A stretch of 64,000 bases of DNA, taken from contig JBBIRS010000002.1 in assembly GCA_037441675.1 (NCBI GenBank), positions 295,249-359,248 of the forward strand, written 5' to 3'. The stretch is from Planctomycetales bacterium. GTDB lineage: Bacteria; 4484-113. Shown one piece after another: positions 1 through 10,848 of this stretch. The notes beneath the pieces are model-generated. The model saw nothing but the letters and a program-made list of their open reading frames with translations, had not been told where the DNA came from and did no database searches. A program made the position numbers and the translations under genes. Position 1 is the first letter of the stretch. The number at the start of each line of letters is the position of its first letter.

Positions 1-1689
1 TTTCCCTTCCGTAAGAACAATTTTGCCATCCGAAGTCTCCGCTCTTATCTTGAGTGGAAATACCCCACCTTGTACATTTAGCGTAAAATCAACTTTACCA
101 GGGGCATCTAAATTCACGGTTGATGGGGAAATATTAACTTTTAACCCCTTGTCAGGTAGTTTATATTCCGCAGTAATCTCAGCTGAAAGCTCTTTTTTAA
201 CGGTAACTCCATTGCTATCGGTGACCGTTAGCTTAGCCCAAAAATTTCCTTTCTTAAGTGGAGAGATAAGAAGGGCTTGTTGAACAGAAGTTTCACCACT
301 AGAAAACTCCCAGTTAAATTTATATGGCGGACTTCCCCCCCTTACACTGACACCAGCAAAGAGTTTACCTCCTAGAGGCAATCGGTTGGGAAATAAAGTG
401 GCAGAAGCTTTTAGGGGGAGCCGAGGAGCAGATGGGTCCTGGGGAAGCTCAACTGAAACATAGGCTAAATCCCAGCTGGGTGGCTTGTGATTATCATCAA
501 CCTTAAGAAGTGTGAGAACTTTTCCATATTCAAGGTAGGTCTTTGTTGATTCAGGAACACCTGAAATAACATCAAAAACAGAATCGTTATCAAAGTCCCA
601 GGAATAGCGACTAATCCTGCCATCGGGGTCTGTCGAGCCTTCTGCAGAGTAGGCAACTTTATACTCAGTCGTAAATGCAGATTTCCCGTTCTTTTCTGCC
701 GGAGCTTTTTCTATAACAAAAGAGCGCTTCTCGCCATCTTCAGGTCTAACGAGCTTATCACGGGGAATCTCCTCACTTCTAGAATTAACAGTAGAAGTCT
801 TGGTATCTTCCTTAGCATTTCCTGAAGTGGACAGCGAGCCATCTTGAGGCGATTCTTGTCGCGTCTTTTCGAAAGGCTGAACCTCGCTATATACCCCATT
901 TGCTTGTAAATCAGATGCTTTAGGTTCGCCGCCATTTTTTGAATTTATCTTGGTATTAGCAGGCGAGGAACTCTCAGAGGCTTTCTCCATTTCCTCCGAT
1001 GTCTCTGAAATATTTTCCCTACCGCCCTCCTGTATCTGAGAATCGCCCTCAACATGGGGTGAGGTTTCCTCTGTTGAAGGCTTCTCAGTTAAAAGCTTGA
1101 AGCTAAGCTTTGCTATGGGTGGAATGTTCACAAGTGGTTCGCCTGATTTCCCTATTTTCAGCGCGTACGTGCCTGATTGATTAATTTCCACTGAGGCTAT
1201 GTTATTAAATGTATCAACGGTAAAACCAGCTATTTCAAACCATTGCCCACCAATTTCCTTCACCATAACAATATCTTCCTCGTTCTCGCCAGGCTTTAAG
1301 TCATCATCAAAATAGTGCAAGCGGAGTAGGACGGGTCTCTTGAATGTCATATTATCTGGTGAAATCTTATAAGCTGTTTCACGGATAGAGCCCTGGGGAG
1401 CATCCTTGGCTAGTGCAACTTCAACATAAACTTCACCATCAACAGCTCTCGCGGGGATCGTGAGCTTACAGTGACGAATGGTGATTTCTGCGCCGAAAGT
1501 TCCTACCAATCTCCTTGCAGAATTTGCGCCCAGCTCCTTCTCGAATAGTTCCTCGGCTGATTTTTCCGGCTCAGTTCGCTGAACTGCCCTGCCAGTTGGC
1601 CCAACGGACTGACAGGACGAAATAATTAGCCCGATTACCAGCCAAATTGATTTTTTTAGGATTTCGCTAGATATCTTATCCAATTTCAC
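1..1689 (-). CDS. Lipoprotein with ZU5-like N-terminal domain, long low-complexity insert and PKD/Ig-like domains (3' end runs off the window)
   Basis: Not in the ORF track. Manual translation from GTG at 1689 stays open to position 1: MKLDKISSEILKKSIWLVIGLIISSC (lipobox), LTIPARAV...YKISPDNMTFKRPVLLRLHY (ZU5-like), YSAEGSTDPDGRISRYSWDFDND (PKD), GGSPPYKFNWEFSSG...LTVTDSNG (PKD). Confidence 0.8.
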   Translation of the reverse strand, partial: MKLDKISSEILKKSIWLVIGLIISSCQSVGPTGRAVQRTEPEKSAEELFEKELGANSARRLVGTFGAEITIRHCKLTIPARAVDGEVYVEVALAKDAPQGSIRETAYKISPDNMTFKRPVLLRLHYFDDDLKPGENEEDIVMVKEIGGQWFEIAGFTVDTFNNIASVEINQSGTYALKIGKSGEPLVNIPPIAKLSFKLLTEKPSTEETSPHVEGDSQIQEGGRENISETSEEMEKASESSSPANTKINSKNGGEPKASDLQANGVYSEVQPFEKTRQESPQDGSLSTSGNAKEDTKTSTVNSRSEEIPRDKLVRPEDGEKRSFVIEKAPAEKNGKSAFTTEYKVAYSAEGSTDPDGRISRYSWDFDNDSVFDVISGVPESTKTYLEYGKVLTLLKVDDNHKPPSWDLAYVSVELPQDPSAPRLPLKASATLFPNRLPLGGKLFAGVSVRGGSPPYKFNWEFSSGETSVQQALLISPLKKGNFWAKLTVTDSNGVTVKKELSAEITAEYKLPDKGLKVNISPSTVNLDAPGKVDFTLNVQGGVFPLKIRAETSDGKIVLTEGK

Positions 1690-1865
1690 CTAACCTACTA
1701 TTTGGTGGATGAGAGGGAAGCTTTTGTTCATTCCTCCTGAAAGATTAATTATATCACTAATATATCAATAACGAACTCAGCAGATGAAAATAAGATATTA
1801 AAATTAGCCAAGGCATCATAATGGTAGAATATTTTGAACATATGTTTGAGCCCCATTTAATTTCT

Positions 1866-4742
1866 ATGAAGAGACATTCTCGTTTTTCAACCATCTTTAC
1901 TTTTTTGATTGCCTTGCTCTTGACAGTTAGCTCCTGCTCTTTCAGAAATAACATCAGTAACAACTCCGTGTTATCAGCTGACGATAGAAAAACATCTAGC
2001 AATTCTAGTGAATTGTTCACACCAGCAAATGGATCAAGTATGAAAATACCTTTTGAGAGACCCTATAAGGGTCCATACCGCCTTCCTAACAACCGCATTG
2101 CATACACTCAAGACACGTTAGAAGAATATCCGTTTTTGAAAGAGGCTGGCATCAAGCCTGGGATTTATCCACTAGATTCAACTGGAGATGGAAGCAAGTC
2201 CTCAAGCGCTATAGACATCTCCAATTACGGTTTTATTTCTCCTTCAATTGGAACTGTTAGAGTTCTGGTTCTAAAGGTTGAGTTTGACGGTCAAGGAGCT
2301 CTACCCGGTTGGTCGAACAGCGAAATTAATAGGGCTTTATTCCAGCCAAACAGTGACAAGCCTGGTGGTAGTCTCCGAGATTACTTCTTTAGGCAGTCTC
2401 AAGGGCAGTTGAACTTGATTGGGGACATTTACCCTCAGGACAACACTTACTATCATTTGCCCGGCTCCCCAACTCTACCATTAACTGTCACTGCCGCCAC
2501 CAATTTACTTAACCAAGCTGACGCGGATGGTATCAATTTCCTGGACTACGACGCTGATAACAGTGGCAAAATTGACGCACTACTCATTCTTTACAAGGTA
2601 AATTTCAGGGAATTCGTTGGACCTTTTTGGAACGACTTTGGGAATGCAGCTCAGCAAGATGGCGTGCAGATTTTTAGGGCAAGTTTTTTGGCACATGAAG
2701 TGATTGAAGATTACAATCACTTCGTTATATTCCATGAATTCGGGCACATTTTAGGCTTGCCCGACCTCTATGACTACGGGAGTGATGCACTGCCACCTGA
2801 TCCAGGTCCTGATGGCGATGAGAGTAATGGTAACGGTTTTTGGGAGATGATGGCTGCTGGAAATTATACTTGGCCTCCTCAAAATCTGAGCGCGGTAAGC
2901 AAGTATATTTTAGGGTGGGAAGAACCAATAAATTTGACCTCTAACGTGAAAAATTTACGTGTATATCCGGTGGAAAGTGGTCGCAATAGAATTTACCGTG
3001 TCTGGAAGAATGGTGAAATCGGACCGGAATATTTCTTAATTGAAAATCGTTCCACGAGTGGGCAGTGGCTTTATAAATCTCCAGGTGTTTATCCCAGTGC
3101 TTTGTATCTCAATTTCTTTTCTAGCGGGATAGAGCTTAGGAACCTACCGGCGGGGCTGATCATATGGCACGTGGAGGAGAACGTGTTTAATGAGGTTGGG
3201 AATTTTGGCTTTGGTTGTAATGACTACGAGGAGAGAAAGTTCATTGATATGGAGGAATCCTCAGCCTCTTACTCCTTCAGCTATGGTGGACGATCCATAA
3301 TTGACCACGACGAGTATTATGGCGGAACATACGATCCATGGCCACAGACTATTAACAGCACAAATTATAATAGCTTTACCTCCACGACAATCCCTAATTC
3401 TAACTCGTACTCAGGCGAACCTACGATAGCAATAACGAATATTCGCCGTGATGGAGCAGACATACTCATTGACGTTTCAATTGGTGCTCCAGATATTGAG
3501 TTTGACCTCCCAAAGGCAGTTTTTTCGGGATACATTTCCCTTGAGCCGACGCTTGCCGCAAATGTCTCCGAGATTGAATATACCTTTAACGGAAGTCCGG
3601 TAGTAACAGTTACTGAAAGTCCCTTTACCTTTGAATATGATGTGTCCAGCCTTCCTTTTGGAAGCTACGAGTTTAGAGCCTTAGCTCGCGGATCTGCTAC
3701 GGACGATACTGACGAAGTAATCCTCCATATCATAGTTGATAATACAACCGGGACATTTCCTTTAATGGAAACCTTTGATCGTGGGAATTATCAAGTTGCC
3801 GGCACAGGCTTTACCACAGCAAGTCCCTTTAGGGTGCAGACTGGAGGTTATGACGGTTCGCCTATTTCCTATGGCGTTTACAATGCTGCGGAGGGCGGAT
3901 ATCTCCCTGACACGACGGGGCTTCTTGTTCTACCGCTAATTGACCTTACTAATGTGACTAATCCAACCCTTGTTTTCCGCCAGCACTTCAACCTGGAACA
4001 GTCGAAGGATTTTGTTGAAGTCCGTGTAAGCACTGATGATTTTGCAACACTCGGAGATATTCCTCGAACAAGAGGAGGTTCAGCTGCAGTCTTTACTGGC
4101 TATTGGGATACTTGGCGAACGAGCGAAGTCAATCTTAATCAATGGGCAAACCAAAAAGTTAGGATAGGTTTCAGATTTGTATCTGACTCCGCGGTGGCAG
4201 GTGAGCAAGCTGGCTCTCCCGCAGGTTGGTGGATTGATAATATCGTTGTGGCAGCTGATTACGCTGATTCTGTCCCTTATATAATCAATACCGGCCTTCG
4301 CGCTAACGATCTCTTTGGATTTGTACCAGAAAAACCGGAGTTGAACATCGTTCCCCAAGTAGCCAATAACCCAGAAAGCATTGTCTATAGGCTAATTACA
4401 GTAGAGGGAACGATTCAGGGAGAAATAACCGGATCCCCGCTCAATTTAGTACTTGACCTAACATCCTACAAAAACCAACGGGCAGACCTCGTTTTACAAC
4501 CAAAAGCTCAGAACGGTTTCCTAGGACCTGCGGTTTCTACACCGATACTTCTCTACAACTTGCGGGGTGATACTAATGGTGATGGAAGTGTTAACGAAAT
4601 GGACATATCTCCGCTATTAACTTTTTATGGCTTAGATTCATCAAATCAATCGTATTTACCTTGGATTGATGCAAATGGTGATTCTATAATTGACGAAAGA
4701 GATTTAACGGTCATAGGCTACTTCTTCGGTCAAACCAATTAA
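1866..4742 (+). CDS. M6 (immune inhibitor A-like) zinc metalloprotease lipoprotein with Ig-like, jelly-roll and C-terminal dockerin-like domains
   Basis: HEFGHILGLPDLYD zinc motif, WEMMAAG Met-turn and EYFLIENR. Lipobox LTVSSC favours the ATG at 1866 over 1821. C-terminal GDTNGDGSVNEMD...DANGDSIIDERD paired EF-hands. Confidence 0.85.
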   Translation: MKRHSRFSTIFTFLIALLLTVSSCSFRNNISNNSVLSADDRKTSSNSSELFTPANGSSMKIPFERPYKGPYRLPNNRIAYTQDTLEEYPFLKEAGIKPGIYPLDSTGDGSKSSSAIDISNYGFISPSIGTVRVLVLKVEFDGQGALPGWSNSEINRALFQPNSDKPGGSLRDYFFRQSQGQLNLIGDIYPQDNTYYHLPGSPTLPLTVTAATNLLNQADADGINFLDYDADNSGKIDALLILYKVNFREFVGPFWNDFGNAAQQDGVQIFRASFLAHEVIEDYNHFVIFHEFGHILGLPDLYDYGSDALPPDPGPDGDESNGNGFWEMMAAGNYTWPPQNLSAVSKYILGWEEPINLTSNVKNLRVYPVESGRNRIYRVWKNGEIGPEYFLIENRSTSGQWLYKSPGVYPSALYLNFFSSGIELRNLPAGLIIWHVEENVFNEVGNFGFGCNDYEERKFIDMEESSASYSFSYGGRSIIDHDEYYGGTYDPWPQTINSTNYNSFTSTTIPNSNSYSGEPTIAITNIRRDGADILIDVSIGAPDIEFDLPKAVFSGYISLEPTLAANVSEIEYTFNGSPVVTVTESPFTFEYDVSSLPFGSYEFRALARGSATDDTDEVILHIIVDNTTGTFPLMETFDRGNYQVAGTGFTTASPFRVQTGGYDGSPISYGVYNAAEGGYLPDTTGLLVLPLIDLTNVTNPTLVFRQHFNLEQSKDFVEVRVSTDDFATLGDIPRTRGGSAAVFTGYWDTWRTSEVNLNQWANQKVRIGFRFVSDSAVAGEQAGSPAGWWIDNIVVAADYADSVPYIINTGLRANDLFGFVPEKPELNIVPQVANNPESIVYRLITVEGTIQGEITGSPLNLVLDLTSYKNQRADLVLQPKAQNGFLGPAVSTPILLYNLRGDTNGDGSVNEMDISPLLTFYGLDSSNQSYLPWIDANGDSIIDERDLTVIGYFFGQTN

Positions 4743-4992
4743 AGAGTTTTAGGTAGTCCCCTAATCTTATCAACGCCTTTAGTGAATAAAGTATTGAAAA
4801 TACGCTTAGCTTATTTAATCAGAGAATCGGTTTACAAGACCTAGGTCTCTTGTTTAGATTAATACCTGCAGGAGGGCTTTCAGCAGATTGATTTTAATTC
4901 TAGAGATTATTGTCATCTAAGTTTATGCTCCTGTTATGCACCTTGCCATCTGTATTTTGTAATGTTATACCATACGTATGTAAACTATTAGT

Positions 4993-6429
4993 ATGGGATT
5001 AGATATGGAGAAATTTTACGGTTCGGAATCTCCTGAGTTCCTTATGAGAGTTCCACCCCATTCTAAGGAACTTGAGCAAGCAGTTCTTGGCGCGATAATG
5101 CAGGAACCTGGCGAAGCTCTTCCATCTGCTCAAGAACTTCTAAGCGTTGATGGATTTTATTATGAAAGCCATCAAATAATTTACGACTGTTGTATAAGGC
5201 TGAACAAGCGCGGTATTCCCTGCGACGCGCTGGCGGTGATTGAGGAATTACGGTCTCGGGATTTATTAGCCCACGCTGGTGGTGAAAGTTACATTTACGC
5301 ACTGGTTGCCGGCGTGCCTGATGCGTCAGCTATCGAAAGCCATTCTCGCTTGTTACACGAGAAATATTTACTCAGAAAGCTTATTCACGAATGCAATGAA
5401 ATAACTAAGGAGGCTTATGAGCAAAGTACCGATGTTTCAGAGCTACTGGACAAGGCGGAGAGAAATATTCTCCAACTTGATCAAAGCCTTGCGGGAGGTC
5501 AATTCTACGACCTAGACACAGCCATTAAAGAATTCATAAACAGCTACGAGATTGAGGAGATTGTGGATGAGCACGGCGAGGTTAGAATGAACCTTAAAAA
5601 GGCGCGTGGGATTGAGACCTCTTTTACAGCACTAGATAGAAAGCTTGGGGGATTGAAAAAGGGAGACTTGATAATAGTTGCAGCTCGTCCGGGAGTCGGT
5701 AAAACCGCGCTTATACTAAACTTTGCTTATCAAATGGCGCTAAGGGGTAAGCGAGTGGGCATCTTTAGTATGGAGATGAGCAAGGAACAGCTCGCTCTCA
5801 GGCTTTTATCTATGGCAACTGAAATTCCAAGCGACAAGCTAAGCCAAGGAGATTTCACACGTGAAGAACTTCAGAGATTAACTCGTAGATATGAAGAATT
5901 GGCTAATTTGCCAATTTTCATTGATGATACTTCAGTTTTGAATGTACGCGCCTTAAAAAACCGTGCACGGCGCATATTCGCCCACCATCGCGTTGATATA
6001 ATCTTTGTGGATTATCTCCAACTAATGGAGGGACTAAAACCAGGCGAGGGTGGTCGGGTTCAAGAGGTTACTGAAATCTCCCGCGGAATTAAGCAGATTG
6101 CTCGGGAGTTAAATATTCCCCTCGTTGCTTGTAGTCAATTATCACGTCAGGTTGAACATAGAAGTGTGCATCGGCCCATTCTCTCCGATTTGAGAGAATC
6201 TGGAGCGCTGGAACAGGACGCTGATGTGGTTATCCTTATGTATCGTGAAGATTACTATGATAAGCAGAAAGGAGAAGTTTATGCCGAAGAGCAATTAGCT
6301 ACTAGAGTGGAATTAAATGTGGCTAAGCATAGAAATGGTCCAACTGGTATAGTTTTCCTTACTTATCTTTTGCCCTTTATGCGTTTTGAGAATTACACTG
6401 GCGAGGATGTATCTATCCCTGAGTATTAA
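4993..6429 (+). CDS. dnaB: Replicative DNA helicase
   Basis: PPHSKELEQAVLG N-terminus, AARPGVGKT Walker A, FVDYLQL, SQLSR, SDLRESGALEQDAD, KHRNGPTG. Confidence 0.98.
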   Translation: MGLDMEKFYGSESPEFLMRVPPHSKELEQAVLGAIMQEPGEALPSAQELLSVDGFYYESHQIIYDCCIRLNKRGIPCDALAVIEELRSRDLLAHAGGESYIYALVAGVPDASAIESHSRLLHEKYLLRKLIHECNEITKEAYEQSTDVSELLDKAERNILQLDQSLAGGQFYDLDTAIKEFINSYEIEEIVDEHGEVRMNLKKARGIETSFTALDRKLGGLKKGDLIIVAARPGVGKTALILNFAYQMALRGKRVGIFSMEMSKEQLALRLLSMATEIPSDKLSQGDFTREELQRLTRRYEELANLPIFIDDTSVLNVRALKNRARRIFAHHRVDIIFVDYLQLMEGLKPGEGGRVQEVTEISRGIKQIARELNIPLVACSQLSRQVEHRSVHRPILSDLRESGALEQDADVVILMYREDYYDKQKGEVYAEEQLATRVELNVAKHRNGPTGIVFLTYLLPFMRFENYTGEDVSIPEY

Positions 6430-6609
6430 GTAAGCAAATGTCACCTCTGGGTTAGTGGGTTTATCAAGATGGAGAGAATCTCGACACGAGAATCTTGCTT
6501 TTCTACAAATGAATTTATATAAACACCACAAGAGGTAACACATAAGCTGAATCTTAGATAGAATCTACATTGTTAGCGCAAGACGGAAAACAAAATCAGG
6601 AGGACAGGA

Positions 6610-8016
6610 TTGCGAATTTTGGTTGTAGGAAATGGTGGTAGAGAAAGCGCAATTGCCAATACTCTACTGGTTTCTCCTAAAGTTTCAAGGCTTTACATTA
6701 CGCCGGAGAACTTTAGCGTCATTGATCCGTTTGGGCGTGAGCGGGTCTTTCTTAAGGACATTCCTTCCACAGATATTGATGCTCTTCTTAAATTTGCACT
6801 ATCCGAAGAAATCCATCTTACGGTAGTGGGTCCTGAAGCACCTCTTGCTCTTGGTATTGTTGATGCTTTTCGCTCGGAGGGTCTTAGAATCATTGGGCCT
6901 GATAAACGTGCCGCACAACTTGAAGCTAGCAAGTCCTTCGCCAAATCTTTTATGAAAAAATACAATATTCCAACGGCGGAAGCAAAGGTTTTCACCGATT
7001 TTCAATCCGCTGAAAATTATCTAAAAACTTGCCATTATCCAACGGTTCTAAAGGCTGATGGTTTGGCTGCCGGCAAGGGGGTGATAATTTGCCAAGATTT
7101 TGAGCACGCTAAAGAAGCGCTAGATCAGCTAATGATAAAAGATGTGTTTAAGGGCGCCGGAAAGAAAGTACTCGTTGAAGAGTTCCTAGAAGGCAAGGAA
7201 ATTTCTTTCTTCTGCTTTATTGATGGAAGAGAAATCCTGGAAACGCCACCGGTTTCAGATTATAAGCGCCTGAAAGATGGAGATGAGGGACCAAATACCG
7301 GCGGTATGGGCTGTATTTGCCCCTCACCATACGCGACCGAGAAAGTAATCAAAGAATGGCGAGAAAAGATAGTTGCGCCTTTTTTGGTTGGATGTCAGAG
7401 AGAGGGTTTTGATTACCGTGGCTTTATTTACTTTGGAGTAGTTGTAACTAATGATGGCTTGAAGGTTCTTGAATTTAATGTTCGGCAGGGAGATCCTGAA
7501 GCTCAGGCGGTAATGCCCCTTTTGCTAGGCGACTTGCTTGAGATATTACTTGCAGTAGAAAGTTGTCGTTTAAGAAGGGCAGAAGCCAAATTTTCTCCTG
7601 AGTCAACGGTTACGGTTGTTCTTGCCAGCAAAAATTACCCCTTTGGAAGTTCACCTCCAGCAAGAATAGAAGGGCTTGAACGAGTTGCCAGTTTTAACGA
7701 AGTTGCTGACGAATGGCCTGATGGAACTATATATCGTAGACTTCCAAGGGTAAATGTATTTTTTGCTGGCGTTACGAAGTGCACGTCTTTTATTCCTACT
7801 GGCGTAAGCGAGGCTGAAGGCATTTGCGCAGATGTTGCGCGAAGCTTGCGACCAGGTGAAGAACGAGCGGAGTATTTTGCCACGGGTGGGAGAATTTTAA
7901 GCGTAACCGCGCGTGGAAAAGACTTGTGCGAAGCGAGAAGACTTGCCTACGAAGTTGTCAGCAACATTCACTTTGAAGGAATGCAGTTTAGAACCGATGT
8001 TGGCAAGTTAAGGTAA
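6610..8016 (+). CDS. purD: Phosphoribosylamine-glycine ligase
   Basis: GNGGRE, VVGPEAPL, KADGLAAGKGV, GPNTGGMG, EFNVRQGDPE, GGRIL; SD AGGAGG before the TTG start. Confidence 0.97.
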   Translation: MRILVVGNGGRESAIANTLLVSPKVSRLYITPENFSVIDPFGRERVFLKDIPSTDIDALLKFALSEEIHLTVVGPEAPLALGIVDAFRSEGLRIIGPDKRAAQLEASKSFAKSFMKKYNIPTAEAKVFTDFQSAENYLKTCHYPTVLKADGLAAGKGVIICQDFEHAKEALDQLMIKDVFKGAGKKVLVEEFLEGKEISFFCFIDGREILETPPVSDYKRLKDGDEGPNTGGMGCICPSPYATEKVIKEWREKIVAPFLVGCQREGFDYRGFIYFGVVVTNDGLKVLEFNVRQGDPEAQAVMPLLLGDLLEILLAVESCRLRRAEAKFSPESTVTVVLASKNYPFGSSPPARIEGLERVASFNEVADEWPDGTIYRRLPRVNVFFAGVTKCTSFIPTGVSEAEGICADVARSLRPGEERAEYFATGGRILSVTARGKDLCEARRLAYEVVSNIHFEGMQFRTDVGKLR

Positions 8017-8229
8017 GAGGGTTATTTGTGAGCTAAGGTAATAGCTAGCCCCTCCGAAATCTTATCCACGCAATCTATGCATAACACTTGTATAAGACAT
8101 AATTGTGGCAGTATTGAATAGCAACCATAAAAAATATTTAGGATAATTAGTATTAAAGAGCAATAGGCTAGGAACAATGTGTTTGAGGTAAACAGATAAA
8201 ACGCTTCTCGTGTTAGAATTTAAGTTACT

Positions 8230-8628
8230 ATGCGATTTGATATGAGTAAAATGATGAAGCAGATACAGGCGATGCAGGACGAGATGCAGAGGAGAGTTGG
8301 AGAGGCGCGCGATAAGCTCAGAAGCACGGTAGTTAAGGGTTCCGCGGGTGGTGAATTGATTGAAGTTGAGATGAATGGTGAGCGTGAACTATTGCGTGTG
8401 TCCGTTAAGCCAGAGCTCTTTAATTCACTTGTAATTGATAACTCACTCCTTTCAGCTGAAACCAATCTAAAAGATACCGCGCAGGAGCTCGCGGACTTAA
8501 TATTCGCAGCTACAAACTCCGCTCTTGCTCAAGCTAACAAACTATACGAGGAAGTAATGTCCTCTGTCGCACCTACACAAGGAATGGACTTTAGCAATCT
8601 TGGAGACCTGCTTAGTATGTTGAAATGA
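8230..8628 (+). CDS. ybaB: YbaB/EbfC family nucleoid-associated protein
   Basis: MMKQIQAMQ...GSAGGELIEVEMNG...LADLIFAATNSAL pattern. Confidence 0.88.
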   Translation: MRFDMSKMMKQIQAMQDEMQRRVGEARDKLRSTVVKGSAGGELIEVEMNGERELLRVSVKPELFNSLVIDNSLLSAETNLKDTAQELADLIFAATNSALAQANKLYEEVMSSVAPTQGMDFSNLGDLLSMLK

Positions 8629-8718
8629 ACATACTTCAAATTTATAGCTAATCATTTATCCGACCGCTTCTTTTACCCTGTAAGCGGAAAGTGGGGGAGA
8701 GGAATATTAAAACATAAC

Positions 8719-10089
8719 TTAAAGCACTGCAAAATACCTCTTGAGCTCCCATTCGGTCACTCGAGACTGAAATTCAGCCCATTCCGCATACTTTAACTCA
8801 AGAAATAGATCGGTAAGCCTTTCTCCCAACACTTCCTTTACTAATTCGCTCTTCTTAACAAAATGAAGAGCCTCATGGAGGTTGGCAGGCAAACTTCTTA
8901 TACCTCTTCTGGCGCGCTCTAATTCCGTTAGCTCGTAAAGGTTCTCCATCACGGGTGGTTCTAGGTCTAATTCTTCTTCAATCCCTTTTAGACCTGCTGC
9001 GAGCATCAAGGCAAAGGCGAAGTAAAAATTACATGCGGGATCAGCGCATCTCAACTCACAACGGACACTGCTTTTCTTGCCTGGAACATAAGCTGGAACG
9101 CGAATGAGCGCGCTTCTATTTACCGGGCTCCAGGCAATGTAGACAGGCGCTTCAAATCCTGGAACAAGCCTCTTGTATGAATTTACATACTGCGCGAGAA
9201 ATGCGGTGATTTCGTGGCCATATTTCAATAGACCAGCGATGAAGTTCTTGGCAACACTGGAAAGATGAAACTCGTCTTCCTCGTCGAAGAATGCGTTCTC
9301 ACCATCCTTAAACAAGGACTGATGTACATGCATCCCACTGCCGTTCACCCCGTATAAAGGTTTCGGCATATAAGTAATGTAGCAACCATGACACCTGGCT
9401 ATCTGCTTAGCAATTGTTTTATAAGTAATCGCATTATCCGCCATGGTCATTGCATCCGCATAACGCAGGTCAATTTCGTGTTGGCTTGGAGCGACTTCAT
9501 GATGGTGGTACTCAACCGCTACACCCATCTTTCTAAGTGAGGCAATAATATCCGTTCTAAGTTTGCTTGCTGCGTCCACTGGTGGGCTGGTGAAGTAAGT
9601 TCCAAAGTCAATTGGTTCAGGTGGTAGCTCAGGAGACTTAAAAACGAAGAATTCAAGCTCTGGACCACAATAGTATGTGTAGCCTAGCCTTTTCGCTTTA
9701 TCAAGTTGCCTTCGTAGAATAAGTCTTGGGTCATGTTCGTAGGGAGAACCATCCGGGTTCCGAATATCGGCGAATAACCTAGCAGAAATTTCCTCTCCGG
9801 GAAGAGTAGGGAGAATTGCAAAAGTTGAGACATCTGCAAATGCGGTTAGATCGCTTTCCTCAATTGCGTTAAAACCTGTAATACTACTACCATCAAAGTT
9901 CATACCAACCGTTGTGGCACGCTCTAGCTCGCTTGGTGTTATTGCAAAGCTTTTTAGTTTTCCCTCTAAATCCACAAACCATAGCCAAATTACGGTAACC
10001 TTTTCCCGTTCAACAATTTCAAAAACTTCCTCCCTTGTAAGAGTTTTTCTCTCATCCGTTTTCACATCCTTTGTAATTACTTTAGACAC
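8719..10089 (-). CDS. glnA: Glutamine synthetase type I (GSI-alpha-like)
   Basis: FDGSSITGF, GPELEFF, HHEVAPSQHE, MPKPLYGVNGSGMHVHQSL, NSYKRLVPGFEAP, NRSALIRVP; SD GGAGG. Confidence 0.97.
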   Translation of the reverse strand: MSKVITKDVKTDERKTLTREEVFEIVEREKVTVIWLWFVDLEGKLKSFAITPSELERATTVGMNFDGSSITGFNAIEESDLTAFADVSTFAILPTLPGEEISARLFADIRNPDGSPYEHDPRLILRRQLDKAKRLGYTYYCGPELEFFVFKSPELPPEPIDFGTYFTSPPVDAASKLRTDIIASLRKMGVAVEYHHHEVAPSQHEIDLRYADAMTMADNAITYKTIAKQIARCHGCYITYMPKPLYGVNGSGMHVHQSLFKDGENAFFDEEDEFHLSSVAKNFIAGLLKYGHEITAFLAQYVNSYKRLVPGFEAPVYIAWSPVNRSALIRVPAYVPGKKSSVRCELRCADPACNFYFAFALMLAAGLKGIEEELDLEPPVMENLYELTELERARRGIRSLPANLHEALHFVKKSELVKEVLGERLTDLFLELKYAEWAEFQSRVTEWELKRYFAVL

Positions 10090-10369
10090 AGTTTATCCCT
10101 CCAAATATTCATAGTTTTCACTGAATAAAAATCAACCACAAATTTACCAGCGTGGTAGTAAATCAGCAAGAAGAAGCTAGGCTCACAAAATTTAATTTTA
10201 TATGTAGACAAAAATGGGGAAAAAATGCTATAAGTTATATTTCCCCCGTTTTCTTGATTTTCATAAATCCCGCAATTTAATCTCTTCACCACGTTCACCA
10301 TTTTGTGTTAACCTGTTCCAGCACCGCATAAAATATTTAAGTTTCGTTATAGGTTAGAATTAACTTACC

Positions 10370-10828
10370 TTGTCAGGTGAGAAGGTCAATATTGTAAACA
10401 GAAAGGCTCGCTTCAATTTTGAAATTCTTGAAAAGATTGAAGCTGGGTTAGTGCTGGAGGGTGCGGAAGTCAAGTCAATTCGCGCAGGCAAGATCTCACT
10501 TGCGGAGGCATACTGCAAATTTAGGGATACAGAGCTTTACCTCCTTGATTGTCACATATCCCCATATGAGCGGGCGTCCACGCACAAAAGCATTTCTCCC
10601 ACTAAGCCACGAAAAATTCTTTTACGGAAAACTCAACTCAGGAGGCTCTTGGGAAAGGTCACGGAGCGGGGACTTACAATTATCCCCCTGAGGGTGTATA
10701 ATGTCAGACACTTAATCAAAATCGAGATTGCTCTTGCACGCGGAAAGAAAAAGCTTGATAAGCGTGAGGAGATAAAGAAAAGGGACTTGGAACGCGAAGT
10801 TAGAAGGTTTGGCAAGTTCCTTGCGTAG
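10370..10828 (+). CDS. smpB: SsrA-binding protein
   Basis: NRKARFNF..EAGLVLEGAEVKSIR, RKILL, GKKKLDKRE. Confidence 0.97.
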   Translation: MSGEKVNIVNRKARFNFEILEKIEAGLVLEGAEVKSIRAGKISLAEAYCKFRDTELYLLDCHISPYERASTHKSISPTKPRKILLRKTQLRRLLGKVTERGLTIIPLRVYNVRHLIKIEIALARGKKKLDKREEIKKRDLEREVRRFGKFLA

Positions 10829-10848
10829 CAGGTGTGGTGTTTATCTAA

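Noticed and set aside
4993..6429. Intein in DnaB
   Set aside because: Normal length (478 aa) with contiguous motifs; only a short linker insertion.
8040..8220. DnaA-box cluster (TTATCCACG at 8062) as an origin
   Set aside because: Only one near-consensus box, and no trio or AT-cluster module.
10209..10253. Imperfect inverted repeat upstream of glnA as a riboswitch or GlnR box
   Set aside because: No TGTNA-N7-TNACA match and no recognisable riboswitch core.
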